From assembly GCA_027064305.1 (NCBI GenBank), contig JAMOPY010000004.1:1-21796 (forward strand): 21,796 nucleotides of DNA, written 5' to 3'. Numbering within the stretch: position 1 is the first letter of the stretch; each line of letters begins with the position of its first letter. Made by a program: the position numbers and the translations under genes. The notes beneath the pieces are model-generated. The model saw nothing but the letters and a program-made list of their open reading frames with translations, was not told where the DNA came from and did no database searches. Of this stretch, positions 1-9,069 are shown in pieces. Source of the DNA: Methanobacteriota archaeon. GTDB taxonomy: Archaea > JAADCQ01 > Methanopyri > Methanopyrales > Methanopyraceae.

Positions 1-1452
1 CTGGTCGAGCGGTTGGAGGACGAGCCCGCGTACGCGGGTAAGGTGGGCGAGACCGAGGACGAGGACGTGGTGGCCGTCATCGCCCTGCCCAAGGGCGAGA
101 CGGAGCTGGAGGCCGAGATCCGCCGGATGGGGGCGACGGAGCCGGAGGCCGTCAACGAGATCCTATCGGAGATGTCCGGGTCCGTGGACTCCGTCCGGGA
201 GGAGCTGGAGCGGCGGATCCGGGAGACCCGGGAGGAGCTGGAGCGCCTGCGGCGCGAGCTGGCGGAGTACTACGAGGAGCGGGCGGCCGAGATCAACGCG
301 TGGATCGAGCTGCTGGAGAACGAGCGGGAGCTGCTGGACGAGATCCCGAAGCTGGCGATGACGGACCGAACGTACCTCATCTACGGCTGGGTGCCCAAGG
401 ACGAGATCGACCGGCTCGAGCGCGCCGTGAAGGAGGCGACCGACGGGTGCTACGCCCTGATCCGGGAGCGGGTGTCGGACGTGGAGGAGATGCCCGTCGA
501 GCTGAAGAACCCGCGCCCGCTCAAGCCCTTCGAGACGCTCGTCGAGATGTTCTCGCCCCCGAGGCCCACCGAGGTGGACCCCACCCCCATCTTGGCGGTG
601 TTCTTCCCGATCTACTTCGGGTTCATCCTTACCGACGCCGCCTACGGCGCCATCCTCCTCGGACTGGCGACCGCGATCCGACTCACCGGTGGCCGAGTGG
701 ACGAGGGACTCAAGATGTTCTCCGAGCTGATGATCTACGCGGGCGCGGCCACGATCGTCCTCGGCGTGCTCACCGGCGGCTACTTCGGCAACCTGCTCGG
801 CATCAAGCCCCTCTGGGTCGACCCGATGAAGGACCCGATCACGATCCTGCTCGTCTCCCTCGGGTTCGGCGTACTGCACGTGGCCATCGGACTCATCCTG
901 GGCATGTACATCTCACTGCGAAAGGAGCGCGACGTCCGGGCCTTCCTGGGTGACCACCTGTCCTGGTTCCTCGTCCTGATCGGCGGCGTGATGCTGGTGG
1001 CGGGCGCGACGAAGCTCGGCCTCCACAGCCCGGTGACCTACGCGGGCGGTGGACTGCTCGGTATCGGCGTCCTGCTCGTGATCCTCGCCTCCCTAACCCA
1101 GGGCGAGGTGATGGAGGCGCTGATGAGCGTGCTCGACGTGATCGGACTCATGGGTGACGTGCTCTCCTACTCGCGACTCCTCGCCGGCTGCCTGTCCACG
1201 GCCGGCATCGCCCTCGTCGTGAACCTCCTGGCCAAGATGGCGAAAGGCGCCGGAGGAGCCCTCGGCGTCATCATGGCCGCAATCATCCTGGTCATCGGGC
1301 ACGTCTTCAACATGGCGATGAACGGGCTCGGCGGCTTCGTGCACAGCCTCCGACTCCACTACGTGGAGTTCTTCAGCAAGTTCTACGAGGGTGGAGGAAA
1401 GCCGTTCGACCCCCTCAGGATCAAGGGCAAGCACCTGAAGATCCGCGCGTAA
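1..1452 (+). CDS. atpI: A/V-type ATP synthase subunit I (a), 5'-truncated by the window edge
   Basis: Frame is open from base 1. Motifs YLIYGWVP, PFETLVEMFSPP, EVDPTP, SYSRLLA (essential Arg) and HSLRLHYVEFFSKFY, plus multiple TM segments. Confidence 0.96.
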   Translation: MVERLEDEPAYAGKVGETEDEDVVAVIALPKGETELEAEIRRMGATEPEAVNEILSEMSGSVDSVREELERRIRETREELERLRRELAEYYEERAAEINAWIELLENERELLDEIPKLAMTDRTYLIYGWVPKDEIDRLERAVKEATDGCYALIRERVSDVEEMPVELKNPRPLKPFETLVEMFSPPRPTEVDPTPILAVFFPIYFGFILTDAAYGAILLGLATAIRLTGGRVDEGLKMFSELMIYAGAATIVLGVLTGGYFGNLLGIKPLWVDPMKDPITILLVSLGFGVLHVAIGLILGMYISLRKERDVRAFLGDHLSWFLVLIGGVMLVAGATKLGLHSPVTYAGGGLLGIGVLLVILASLTQGEVMEALMSVLDVIGLMGDVLSYSRLLAGCLSTAGIALVVNLLAKMAKGAGGALGVIMAAIILVIGHVFNMAMNGLGGFVHSLRLHYVEFFSKFYEGGGKPFDPLRIKGKHLKIRA

Positions 1453-1465
1453 CGGGGTGAGCCGA

Positions 1466-4400
1466 ATGGTCAGCACCGAGCTCGCGATCGCCGCCATAGG
1501 CGCGGGCATCGCGGCGGGCGTGGCGGGGGTAGGCTCCGGTATCGGCCAGGGGATCGCCGCCGCGGCCGGCGCCGGCGCGGTGGCGGAGGACGAGCGGGCC
1601 TTCGGCAAGGCCATCGTCTTCTCCGTCCTCCCGGAGACCCAGGCGATCTACGGGCTCCTCATCGCGATCCTCATCCTCGTGGGCATCGGCTTCCTGGGCG
1701 CCGCCAAGACGATCACCATGGGCGCCGCCCTGGCCGCGCTGGGAGCAGGTCTCGCCGTCGGACTGGCCGGTATCTCGGGGATCGGTCAGGGGATCGCCGC
1801 CGCGAGCGGGATCGGGGCGATGCTCAAGGACGAGGCCCTCTTCGGCCGCGCCATCGTGTACTCCGTCCTCCCGGAGACCCAGGCCATTTACGGCCTACTC
1901 GTCGGCATCATCATCCTGGTTGGGGCCGGGATGCTGGGCGGCGGTTCGGTCAAGGTCTCCCTGGGCACCGGGCTCGCAGCGGTGGGGGCCGGACTGGCCG
2001 TCGGTCTAGCGGGCACGTCCGGCATCGGTCAGGGGATCGCCGCCGCCAGCGGCATCTCCGCGATCATGCGAAAGGAGGAGCTGTTCGGCCGGCTGCTCGT
2101 GTTCTCGGTACTCCCCGAGACCCAGGCCATCTACGGCCTGCTGGTGGCGGTACTGATCGCCCAGATCCTGGGTATCCTGGGCGGCGGCCCCGCCTCCCTG
2201 GGCGCCGGGTTGGCGGCCCTGGGAGCAGGTCTCGCCGTCGGACTGGCCGGCACCTCCGGGATCGGTCAGGGCATCGCCGCCGCGAGCGGCATCAAGGCCA
2301 TGGCCGAGGATGAGGGTATTTTCGGTCGGGCGCTGGTATTCTCGGTGCTTCCGGAGACGCAGGCGATCTACGGCCTACTCGTCGCGATCCTGGTAATGTT
2401 CTCGCTGATGAGCCCGTCGATGTCCCTGGCGGCCGGAATCCTGGCCTTGGGCGCGGGCCTAGCGGTCGGCATCGCCGGCACGTCCGGGATCGGTCAGGGG
2501 ATCGCCGCCGCGAGCGGGATCTCCGGCATCCTCAGGAGGGAGGAACTGTTCGGTCGAGCGCTCGTGCTCTCGGTACTCCCCGAGACCCAGGCCATCTACG
2601 GGCTGCTCACCGCCATCATCGCCGCGTTCCTGGTGGGCACCAAGGCGAACCTGGCGACCGCGCTGGCCGTGCTCGGGGCCGGGCTGGCGGTCGGGTTCGC
2701 GGGCACGTCCGGGATCGGTCAGGGGATCGCGGCGGCCGGCGGCGTCAAGGCCACGGTGGAGAGAAACGAGCTGTTCGCTCGATCCCTGGTCCTGTCTATC
2801 CTCCCGGAGACGCGGGCCATTTACGGCCTACTCGTCGCGATCCTGGCGATCTCAGCGTTCAAGTCCGGCGCGTTCGGAGCCGGACTGGCGATGGTCGGGG
2901 CCGGCCTCGCCGTGGGGCTCGTGGGAGTCTCGGGGATCGGTCAGGGCTTCGCCGCCGCCAGCGGCTCCGCCACCCTGGTGAAGGACGAGGGCTTCTTCAG
3001 CCGGGCGATCATCTTCTCGGCGCTCCCGGAGACGCAGGCGATCTACGGCCTGCTCACCGCGATCCTGGTGATGATGACCTGCGGCGTTCTGGGCGGAGGA
3101 GCGGGTGGAGTGAGCGCCGGGGCCGGCCTGATCGCGCTCGGCGCCGGCCTCGCCGTCGGACTGGCGGGAAGCTCCGCGATCGGTCAGGGGATCGCGGCGG
3201 CGGGTGGCGCGAGCGCCTCGTCCGAGCGCCCCGAGCTGTTCGGTCGGTCGATCGTGTTCTCCATCCTCCCGGAGACCCAGTCCATCTACGGGCTCCTCAT
3301 CGCGATCCTGCTGACCACGTTCGCCCTGAAGGCCAGCGCCCCGGTGGCCGCGGGACTGGCCGCGCTCGGAGCGGGCCTCGCGGTTGGAATCGCCGGCTTC
3401 TCCGGGATCGGCCAGGGGATCGCGGCGGCCGGCGGCATCGGGGCCCTCGAGCGGGACCCGGGCTCCTTCGGTAGATCGCTGATCTTCTCCATCCTCCCGG
3501 AGACGCGATCCATCTACGGCCTGCTCGTCGCGATCCTGGTGATGGTCGGTCTGGGCGTGATGAGTGGGTCGTTCAGCGGCAACGCGGCGGTCGGTCTCGC
3601 GGCGCTCGGCGCGGGCGTGGGGATCGGAATGGCGGGCCTGTCCGGCGTGGGCCAGGGCGTCACCGCGGCCGCCGGCATCGGCAACGTCGTGCGCGACCCG
3701 GGGCTGTTCGGTCGCTCGCTGATCTTCTCGGTGCTCCCGGAGACCCAGGCGATCTACGGACTCCTCATCGCGATCCTGGTGATGATGTTCCTGGGCATCC
3801 TGGGCGGCACGAAGTCACCGTCGCTGGGCGCCGGGCTGGCGGCCCTGGGGGCCGGCCTCGCGGTCGGCATCGCGGGTAGCTCCGGTATCGGTCAGGGACT
3901 CTCCGCCGCCGCCGGCGCGACCGCCGTGCGGGAGCGTTCCGAGCTGTTCGGCCGGTCGATCGTGTTCTCCATCCTCCCAGAGACCCAGTCCATCTACGGG
4001 CTCCTGATCGGTATCCTGGCGCTGCTGCCGGTCATGACCAGCGCGAGCGGGGTCAGCGTCGCGGCCGGCCTGGTGGCGCTGGGAGCGGGCCTAGCGGTCG
4101 GCGTCGCCGGTACGTCCGGGATCGGTCAGGGGATCGCGGCGGCGGGCGGTACGGGCGCCCTGTCCGAGCGGGCCGAGTTGTTCGCCCGGTCCCTGATCCT
4201 CTCGATCCTCCCGGAGACGCGATCCATCTACGGGATGCTCATCGCCATCATTGGCATGTCGACGGCGGGGCTGCTCAGCGGCTCGCCGAAGGCGAACCTG
4301 GCCGCCGGTCTCGCGGCGCTCGGGGCCGGGGTTTCCGTGGGGTTCGCCGGGCTGTCCGGCGTGGGACAGGGCGTGACCTCGGCCCGGGGTTCCGCCTCGA

Positions 4401-4519
4401 TGACCAAGCGGGAGGAGGCGTTCGGTCGCTCGCTGATCTTCTCGGTGCTCCCGGAGACCCAGGCGATCTACGGGCTCCTCATCGCGATCCTGATCGTCTT
4501 CGCCGCGCTCGCCGCCACC
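1466..4519 (+). repeat. Intragenic tandem repeat, 13 units of roughly 220-250 nt (c-hairpin domains)
   Basis: Recurring DNA cores such as atcggtcaggggatcgc and ctcccggagacccaggcgatctacgg. Near-identical pairs: 3231-3302/3939-4010 (69/72), 3706-3778/4420-4492 (72/73), 1741-1770/2221-2250 (30/30). Confidence 0.95.
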
Positions 4520-4522
4520 TAA
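1466..4522 (+). CDS. atpK: A-type ATP synthase subunit K (c) with 13 fused hairpin repeats
   Basis: 13 copies of G-x-G-Q-G...LPET(Q/R)xIYG counted in the translation. ATG 1466 is preferred over GTG 1457 because SD-like GGGGTGA lies at 1454-1460. Confidence 0.97.
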   Translation: MVSTELAIAAIGAGIAAGVAGVGSGIGQGIAAAAGAGAVAEDERAFGKAIVFSVLPETQAIYGLLIAILILVGIGFLGAAKTITMGAALAALGAGLAVGLAGISGIGQGIAAASGIGAMLKDEALFGRAIVYSVLPETQAIYGLLVGIIILVGAGMLGGGSVKVSLGTGLAAVGAGLAVGLAGTSGIGQGIAAASGISAIMRKEELFGRLLVFSVLPETQAIYGLLVAVLIAQILGILGGGPASLGAGLAALGAGLAVGLAGTSGIGQGIAAASGIKAMAEDEGIFGRALVFSVLPETQAIYGLLVAILVMFSLMSPSMSLAAGILALGAGLAVGIAGTSGIGQGIAAASGISGILRREELFGRALVLSVLPETQAIYGLLTAIIAAFLVGTKANLATALAVLGAGLAVGFAGTSGIGQGIAAAGGVKATVERNELFARSLVLSILPETRAIYGLLVAILAISAFKSGAFGAGLAMVGAGLAVGLVGVSGIGQGFAAASGSATLVKDEGFFSRAIIFSALPETQAIYGLLTAILVMMTCGVLGGGAGGVSAGAGLIALGAGLAVGLAGSSAIGQGIAAAGGASASSERPELFGRSIVFSILPETQSIYGLLIAILLTTFALKASAPVAAGLAALGAGLAVGIAGFSGIGQGIAAAGGIGALERDPGSFGRSLIFSILPETRSIYGLLVAILVMVGLGVMSGSFSGNAAVGLAALGAGVGIGMAGLSGVGQGVTAAAGIGNVVRDPGLFGRSLIFSVLPETQAIYGLLIAILVMMFLGILGGTKSPSLGAGLAALGAGLAVGIAGSSGIGQGLSAAAGATAVRERSELFGRSIVFSILPETQSIYGLLIGILALLPVMTSASGVSVAAGLVALGAGLAVGVAGTSGIGQGIAAAGGTGALSERAELFARSLILSILPETRSIYGMLIAIIGMSTAGLLSGSPKANLAAGLAALGAGVSVGFAGLSGVGQGVTSARGSASMTKREEAFGRSLIFSVLPETQAIYGLLIAILIVFAALAAT

Positions 4523-4544
4523 TCCCCCTCGGGGGCGCGCCGGG

Positions 4545-5147
4545 ATGGGTCTGAAGGAGTTGGAGGAGAGGATCCTGGAGGAGGCCGAGCGCGAGGCGGA
4601 GGAGATCGTGAAGGAGGCGGAGGAGGAGGCGGAGAAGATCCTGGAAAAGGCGAGGAGGGAGGCCGAGGAGCGGCGTCGGGAGATCCTGGACCGGGCCCGC
4701 CGGGAGGCGGAGACCCGGAAGCGTCGGGAGATCGCGCAGGCGCGGCTGGAGGCCCGGCAGCTGAAGCTTCAGGCGAAGGAGGAGTGCATCGAGGAGGCGC
4801 TGGAGCGGGCCCGGGGGCGGATCCGGGAGCTGAGTGAGGAGGGGAGCCGCCGCTACCTGGAGTTCCTGGAGCGGGCGGCGGTGGAAGCCGCCCGGGCGAT
4901 CTCGGCGGACAAGGTGATCCTCCGGGTCAACGAGCGCGATCGGGAGGCGATGGAGGAGCTCCTCCCGGACGTGCGCGTGGAGGTGGACAAGGAGGTTGAG
5001 CTGGGGGACCCGGTGGACATCCTGGGCGGGGTGATCGCGGAGAGCGAGGACGGGTCCGAGGTGTTCGACAACTCCGTGGAGGCCCGGATGCGGAGGATGA
5101 GGTCCGAGCTGGTGCGGAGGGTCTCGGACGCGCTCTTCGGGGGCTAG
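4545..5147 (+). CDS. atpE: A-type ATP synthase subunit E
   Basis: N-terminal E/R/A coiled coil, C-terminal ILGGVIAES...FDNSVEARM motif, and operon position after K. Confidence 0.95.
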   Translation: MGLKELEERILEEAEREAEEIVKEAEEEAEKILEKARREAEERRREILDRARREAETRKRREIAQARLEARQLKLQAKEECIEEALERARGRIRELSEEGSRRYLEFLERAAVEAARAISADKVILRVNERDREAMEELLPDVRVEVDKEVELGDPVDILGGVIAESEDGSEVFDNSVEARMRRMRSELVRRVSDALFGG

Positions 5148-5153
5148 GGCCCC

Positions 5154-6281
5154 GTGGACCTGCTTCACCTCTCCACCCAGGGTTACGTGCTGATCGCGGT
5201 CGGCGTGCTCGCGCTCGTCACGGTGCTCTCCATCGTGCTCTCCATCCCGATCACCGACGTGGTCTGGAGGTACGCCCCGTACGCCTACCCGCTGCCCAAG
5301 GCCAAGGCCCTGGAGGCCGAGACGCTGGAGGTGGAGGAGTTCGAGGAGCTGAGGGAGGCCTCGCTGCGCGACCTGGCGACCCGGCTGGAGGAGCTGGGGA
5401 TCGAGCCGGATCGGGTCAGGCCAATGATGCGGGGGAACACGGAGCCGGTTGAGGTGGCCATCAAGCGGCGCGCCGTGGAGGCCGTGATGGACCGGCTGGC
5501 CGAGTCCGGTCCGGAGGACGTGGAGGCGATGGTCAAGGCCCTGATGGCCCGGTACGAGCTGGAGGATCTGAAGGCCGTGATCCGCGCCCTGCACGCGGGC
5601 GAGGAGCCCGGCGAGCTCGTGGATCGGCCCGTCCTGCTGGAGGAGGACACGTGGCGGGAGGTTCGGGACGCGAAGTCGGTGCAGGAGGTCCTCGAGCGGC
5701 TGCGAGGCACCCCGTACGACCGGGGCCTGGAGGACGCGCTGCGGGAGTACGAGGAGACGGGCTCCCTGCTGCCCGTCGAGCTCGCGCTGGACCGGGCCTA
5801 CTACGAGTACCTGTGGGACCTGGCGACCGGTGAGGAGGTGGGAGAGGAGCTCGCCCGGCTGCTCGGGCTGGAGATCGACCTGTACAACGTGGAGGTGGCG
5901 CTCCGCGGCGCCCTGATGGGGCTGGACCCCGACACGGTGCTCCGGGCCATGGCCGACGGGGGCTGGGAGCTCGCGGAGTGGCGTAGGAGGGAGCTGGCGG
6001 AGGCGGAGGATCCGAGCGAGGTGGTGGAGCAGGTGTCCGGCACCTCCTTCGGCCGGTACCTGCGGGACGCGCTGGAGGAGTACTCGGAGTCCGGGAGCGC
6101 GGACGTCCTGGACCGGGCCGTCCGGCGCGCCCGGTACGAGACGGTCCTGGACTTCGTCCAGTCGGACATCGTGGGCGCTCCCGCGATCGTCCAGTCCGTG
6201 TACGCCAAGCAGCGGGAGGTTGACAACCTGATCGCGCTGGTCAACGCGAAGGTGGCCGACGTGGGGTTCGCCCCGGTGTAG
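5154..6281 (+). CDS. atpC: A-type ATP synthase subunit C (AhaC) with N-terminal hydrophobic segment
   Basis: APYAY, RYELEDLKAVIRA, ELALDRAYY, EIDLYNV and KQREVDNL motifs; lies between E and F. Confidence 0.93.
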   Translation: MDLLHLSTQGYVLIAVGVLALVTVLSIVLSIPITDVVWRYAPYAYPLPKAKALEAETLEVEEFEELREASLRDLATRLEELGIEPDRVRPMMRGNTEPVEVAIKRRAVEAVMDRLAESGPEDVEAMVKALMARYELEDLKAVIRALHAGEEPGELVDRPVLLEEDTWREVRDAKSVQEVLERLRGTPYDRGLEDALREYEETGSLLPVELALDRAYYEYLWDLATGEEVGEELARLLGLEIDLYNVEVALRGALMGLDPDTVLRAMADGGWELAEWRRRELAEAEDPSEVVEQVSGTSFGRYLRDALEEYSESGSADVLDRAVRRARYETVLDFVQSDIVGAPAIVQSVYAKQREVDNLIALVNAKVADVGFAPV

Positions 6282-6294
6282 GGGGGCCGACCTC

Positions 6295-6648
6295 ATGTCG
6301 TACGTCGTGGCCGCGATCGTCGACGACCGGGTCGCCCCGGGCTTCCGGCTCGCCGGCGTGCGCACGATCGAGGCCGGTGAGGTGGACCCGAAGGAGGCCG
6401 TCCGCGAGCTGGCCTCGGACCCGGAGGTGGGCGTGATCATACTCACCGAGGACGTCGCGGAGGAGGCGAAGGAGGTCATCGAGGAGATCCAGGAGGAGAA
6501 GCTCTCGCGCGGGGAGGCGACCCCCATCTTCGTGACCGTGCCCGGTCCGGAGGGTCCGAAGGAGGAGGTCGAGATCGAGGAAATCGTTAAGAGAGCGGTG
6601 GGCGTCGAGATCGACGTCGAGAAGATCGAGGGGCAGGGGCGGTCCTAG
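6295..6648 (+). CDS. atpF: A-type ATP synthase subunit F
   Basis: [23 protein letters not shown] and [10 protein letters not shown] motifs. Confidence 0.95.
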   Translation: MSYVVAAIVDDRVAPGFRLAGVRTIEAGEVDPKEAVRELASDPEVGVIILTEDVAEEAKEVIEEIQEEKLSRGEATPIFVTVPGPEGPKEEVEIEEIVKRAVGVEIDVEKIEGQGRS

Positions 6649-6649
6649 C

Positions 6650-8431
6650 ATGGCTCAGGTGAAGGGCGAGATCGTGAAGGTGGCGGGACCGGTGGTCGAG
6701 GCGGTGGGATGCGAGGGCGCGCGGATGTACGAGGTTTTCCGGGTCGGGGACGAGGGGCTGATCGGTGAGGTCATCAACGTCGAGGGCGACCGGGTCACGA
6801 TTCAGGTGTACGAGGAGACGGCCGGCCTGCAGCCGGGCGAGCCGGTCCGGGGCACGGGTGAGCTGCTGTCCGTGGAGCTGGGCCCGGGCCTGTTGACCCA
6901 GATCTTCGACGGCATCCAGCGCCCGCTGCCCGAGGTCCGGAAGGAGGTCGGCGACTTCGTCGAGCGCGGCGTCATGCTGCCGGCCCTGGACCGGAAGAAG
7001 AAGTGGGAGTTCACGCCGAAGGTGAAGGAAGGGGATAAGGTGGAGGAGGGCGACATCCTGGGCACCGTGCCCGAGACCGAGCTCATCGAGCACAGGATCA
7101 TGGTCCCGCCCGGGATCTCGGGCGAGGTGATCGAGATCGCGGACGAGGGCGAGTACACGGTCGAGGAGACGATCGCGGTCATCGAGGACGAGGAGGGTGA
7201 GGAGCACGAGGTTAAGATGTACCAGGAGTGGCCGGTGCGCCGGCCCCGACCGTACAAGCGCAAGCTCGACCCGGAGGAGCCCCTGATCACGGGGCAGCGC
7301 GTGATCGACACGTTCTTCCCGGTCGCCAAGGGCGGTACTGCGGCCATCCCCGGCCCGTTCGGGAGCGGTAAGACGGTCACCCAGCAGCAGTTGGCGAAGT
7401 GGGCGGACGCGCAGGTCGTCGTGTACATCGGGTGCGGCGAGCGCGGCAACGAGATGACGGAGGTGCTGGAGGACTTCCCGGAGCTGGAGGACCCGCGCAC
7501 GGGCAAGCCCCTGATGGAGCGCACCATCCTGGTCGCGAACACCTCGAACATGCCCGTGGCCGCGCGGGAGGCGTGCATCTACACGGGCATCACCATGGCC
7601 GAGTACTACCGGGACATGGGCTACGACGTGGCGCTGATGGCGGACTCCACGTCCCGGTGGGCCGAGGCCCTGCGAGAGATCTCCGGCCGGCTGGAGGAGA
7701 TGCCGGGCGAGGAGGGCTACCCGGCGTACCTGGCGTCCCGGCTGGCCGAGTTCTACGAGCGGGCCGGTCGCGTCGTGTGCCTCGGCTCCGACGACCGGAT
7801 CGGCTCCGTCACGGTCGTGGGCGCGGTCTCCCCGCCGGGCGGCGACTTCTCGGAGCCGGTGACGCAGAACACGCTCAGGATCGTGAAGGTGTTCTGGGCG
7901 CTGGACTCCAAGCTGGCGGACCGGCGGCACTTCCCGGCGATCAACTGGCTGCAGTCCTACTCGCTGTACCTGGACGACGTGGAGGACTGGTGGCACGAGA
8001 ACGTGGGCAAGGACTGGCGGAAGCTGCGCGACGAGGCGATGGAGCTCCTACAGCGCGAGTCGGAGCTGGAGGAGATCGTCCAGCTGGTCGGCCCGGACGC
8101 GCTGCCGGAGAGCGAGCGCCTGATCCTCGAGGTCGCCCGCATGATCCGGGAGGACTTCCTGCAGCAGAACGCGTTCCACGAGGTGGACACGTACTGCCCG
8201 CCGGAGAAGCAGTACGAGATGCTGAAGACCATCCTCCACTTCCGGGACCTGGCGGAGGAGGCCCTGGACAAGGGCGTGTCCATCGACGACATCCTGGAGA
8301 TGAAGGTGATCGACGACATCGCCCGGATGAAGGAGATCCCGAACGAGGAGGCGGTGGACGAGATCCGCAAGATCCGAGAGCGGATGGAGGAGGAGTTCAA
8401 CGAGCTCATCGAGAAGGCCGAGGCCTCCTAA
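6650..8431 (+). CDS. atpA: A-type ATP synthase catalytic subunit A, no intein
   Basis: GPFGSGKT Walker [42 protein letters not shown]; 593 aa. Confidence 0.98.
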   Translation: MAQVKGEIVKVAGPVVEAVGCEGARMYEVFRVGDEGLIGEVINVEGDRVTIQVYEETAGLQPGEPVRGTGELLSVELGPGLLTQIFDGIQRPLPEVRKEVGDFVERGVMLPALDRKKKWEFTPKVKEGDKVEEGDILGTVPETELIEHRIMVPPGISGEVIEIADEGEYTVEETIAVIEDEEGEEHEVKMYQEWPVRRPRPYKRKLDPEEPLITGQRVIDTFFPVAKGGTAAIPGPFGSGKTVTQQQLAKWADAQVVVYIGCGERGNEMTEVLEDFPELEDPRTGKPLMERTILVANTSNMPVAAREACIYTGITMAEYYRDMGYDVALMADSTSRWAEALREISGRLEEMPGEEGYPAYLASRLAEFYERAGRVVCLGSDDRIGSVTVVGAVSPPGGDFSEPVTQNTLRIVKVFWALDSKLADRRHFPAINWLQSYSLYLDDVEDWWHENVGKDWRKLRDEAMELLQRESELEEIVQLVGPDALPESERLILEVARMIREDFLQQNAFHEVDTYCPPEKQYEMLKTILHFRDLAEEALDKGVSIDDILEMKVIDDIARMKEIPNEEAVDEIRKIRERMEEEFNELIEKAEAS

Positions 8432-8453
8432 CCCCCTCCCCACGCCCCCGGCC

Positions 8454-8476
8454 AATCGTTACGGGGGTCGTAACGT
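8454..8476. promoter_or_regulatory. Palindromic element CGTTACG-N5-CGTAACG, copy 1 (overlaps trmY start)
   Basis: AATCGTTACGGGGGTCGTAACGT; matches the reverse complement of 9070-9092 at 21/23. The repeat is certain, its function is inferred. Confidence 0.55.
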
Positions 8477-9056
8477 GAGGGAGTTCCTCGTGATCTTCAA
8501 CGAGGCCCCCACCACCCCGGAGCGCGTCCGCCTGAAGGACCTTCCCGGCTCCGGCCGCTTCGACCTCGTCTGCCGCGTGACCACCCAGGCCCTGCTTTAC
8601 TCTCACGGCGTGCGCACGGACTCCGTCGTCCACCTGCTCCTCCGCGGCCCGGACGACCCTCCCAAGCTGATCACGGTCACCGGGCGCCGGGTGCGGCGCC
8701 TGTACCCGGACGAGCGGACCACCGCCATCCACCTCCGACGCGCCCTGGCCGCCGAGCCCGGGACGGAACCGCACCCCGGCTTCTACGTCCGAAGGCTGGA
8801 CCTCGAGGAGCTCCTGGACGAGCTGAGCGGCGCCACCCTCTACTACCTCTGCGAGGACGGAAAGCCGCTGGAGGAGGTGGACCCCGAGGAGGACGCGGTG
8901 TTCGTGCTCGGGGACCACGAGGGCACCACCCCGGAGCAGGACGAGCTCCTCCGCCGCCGGGCCGACGCCGTGATCTCCCTGGGTCCGGTCCCCTACCACG
9001 CCGACCAGTGCATCGTCATCGTGCACCGGTACCTGGACGTGAGATCCGGCCCCTGA
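8475..9056 (+). CDS. trmY: tRNA (pseudouridine54-N1)-methyltransferase, SPOUT family
   Basis: MREFLV start, LKDLPGSGRFDLVCR, SHGVRTD, PDERTTA, VFVLGDHEG and ISLGPVPYHADQCI motifs. Confidence 0.92.
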   Translation: MREFLVIFNEAPTTPERVRLKDLPGSGRFDLVCRVTTQALLYSHGVRTDSVVHLLLRGPDDPPKLITVTGRRVRRLYPDERTTAIHLRRALAAEPGTEPHPGFYVRRLDLEELLDELSGATLYYLCEDGKPLEEVDPEEDAVFVLGDHEGTTPEQDELLRRRADAVISLGPVPYHADQCIVIVHRYLDVRSGP

Positions 9057-9069
9057 CCGCCGCGCCGGT

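Noticed and set aside
1466-4522. Regular short DNA repeats resembling a CRISPR array or an assembly artefact
   Set aside because: They are in-frame protein repeats about 230 nt apart with diverged linkers, and no cas genes are present.
7340-7450. Possible intein in atpA near the P-loop
   Set aside because: The sequence is contiguous ([18 protein letters not shown]) and the length is normal.
4479-7996. Long minus-strand ORFs (682 aa and 469 aa) over atpE-atpA
   Set aside because: Antisense shadows of GC3-biased genes, with no motifs and atypical L/H/Q/P-rich composition.
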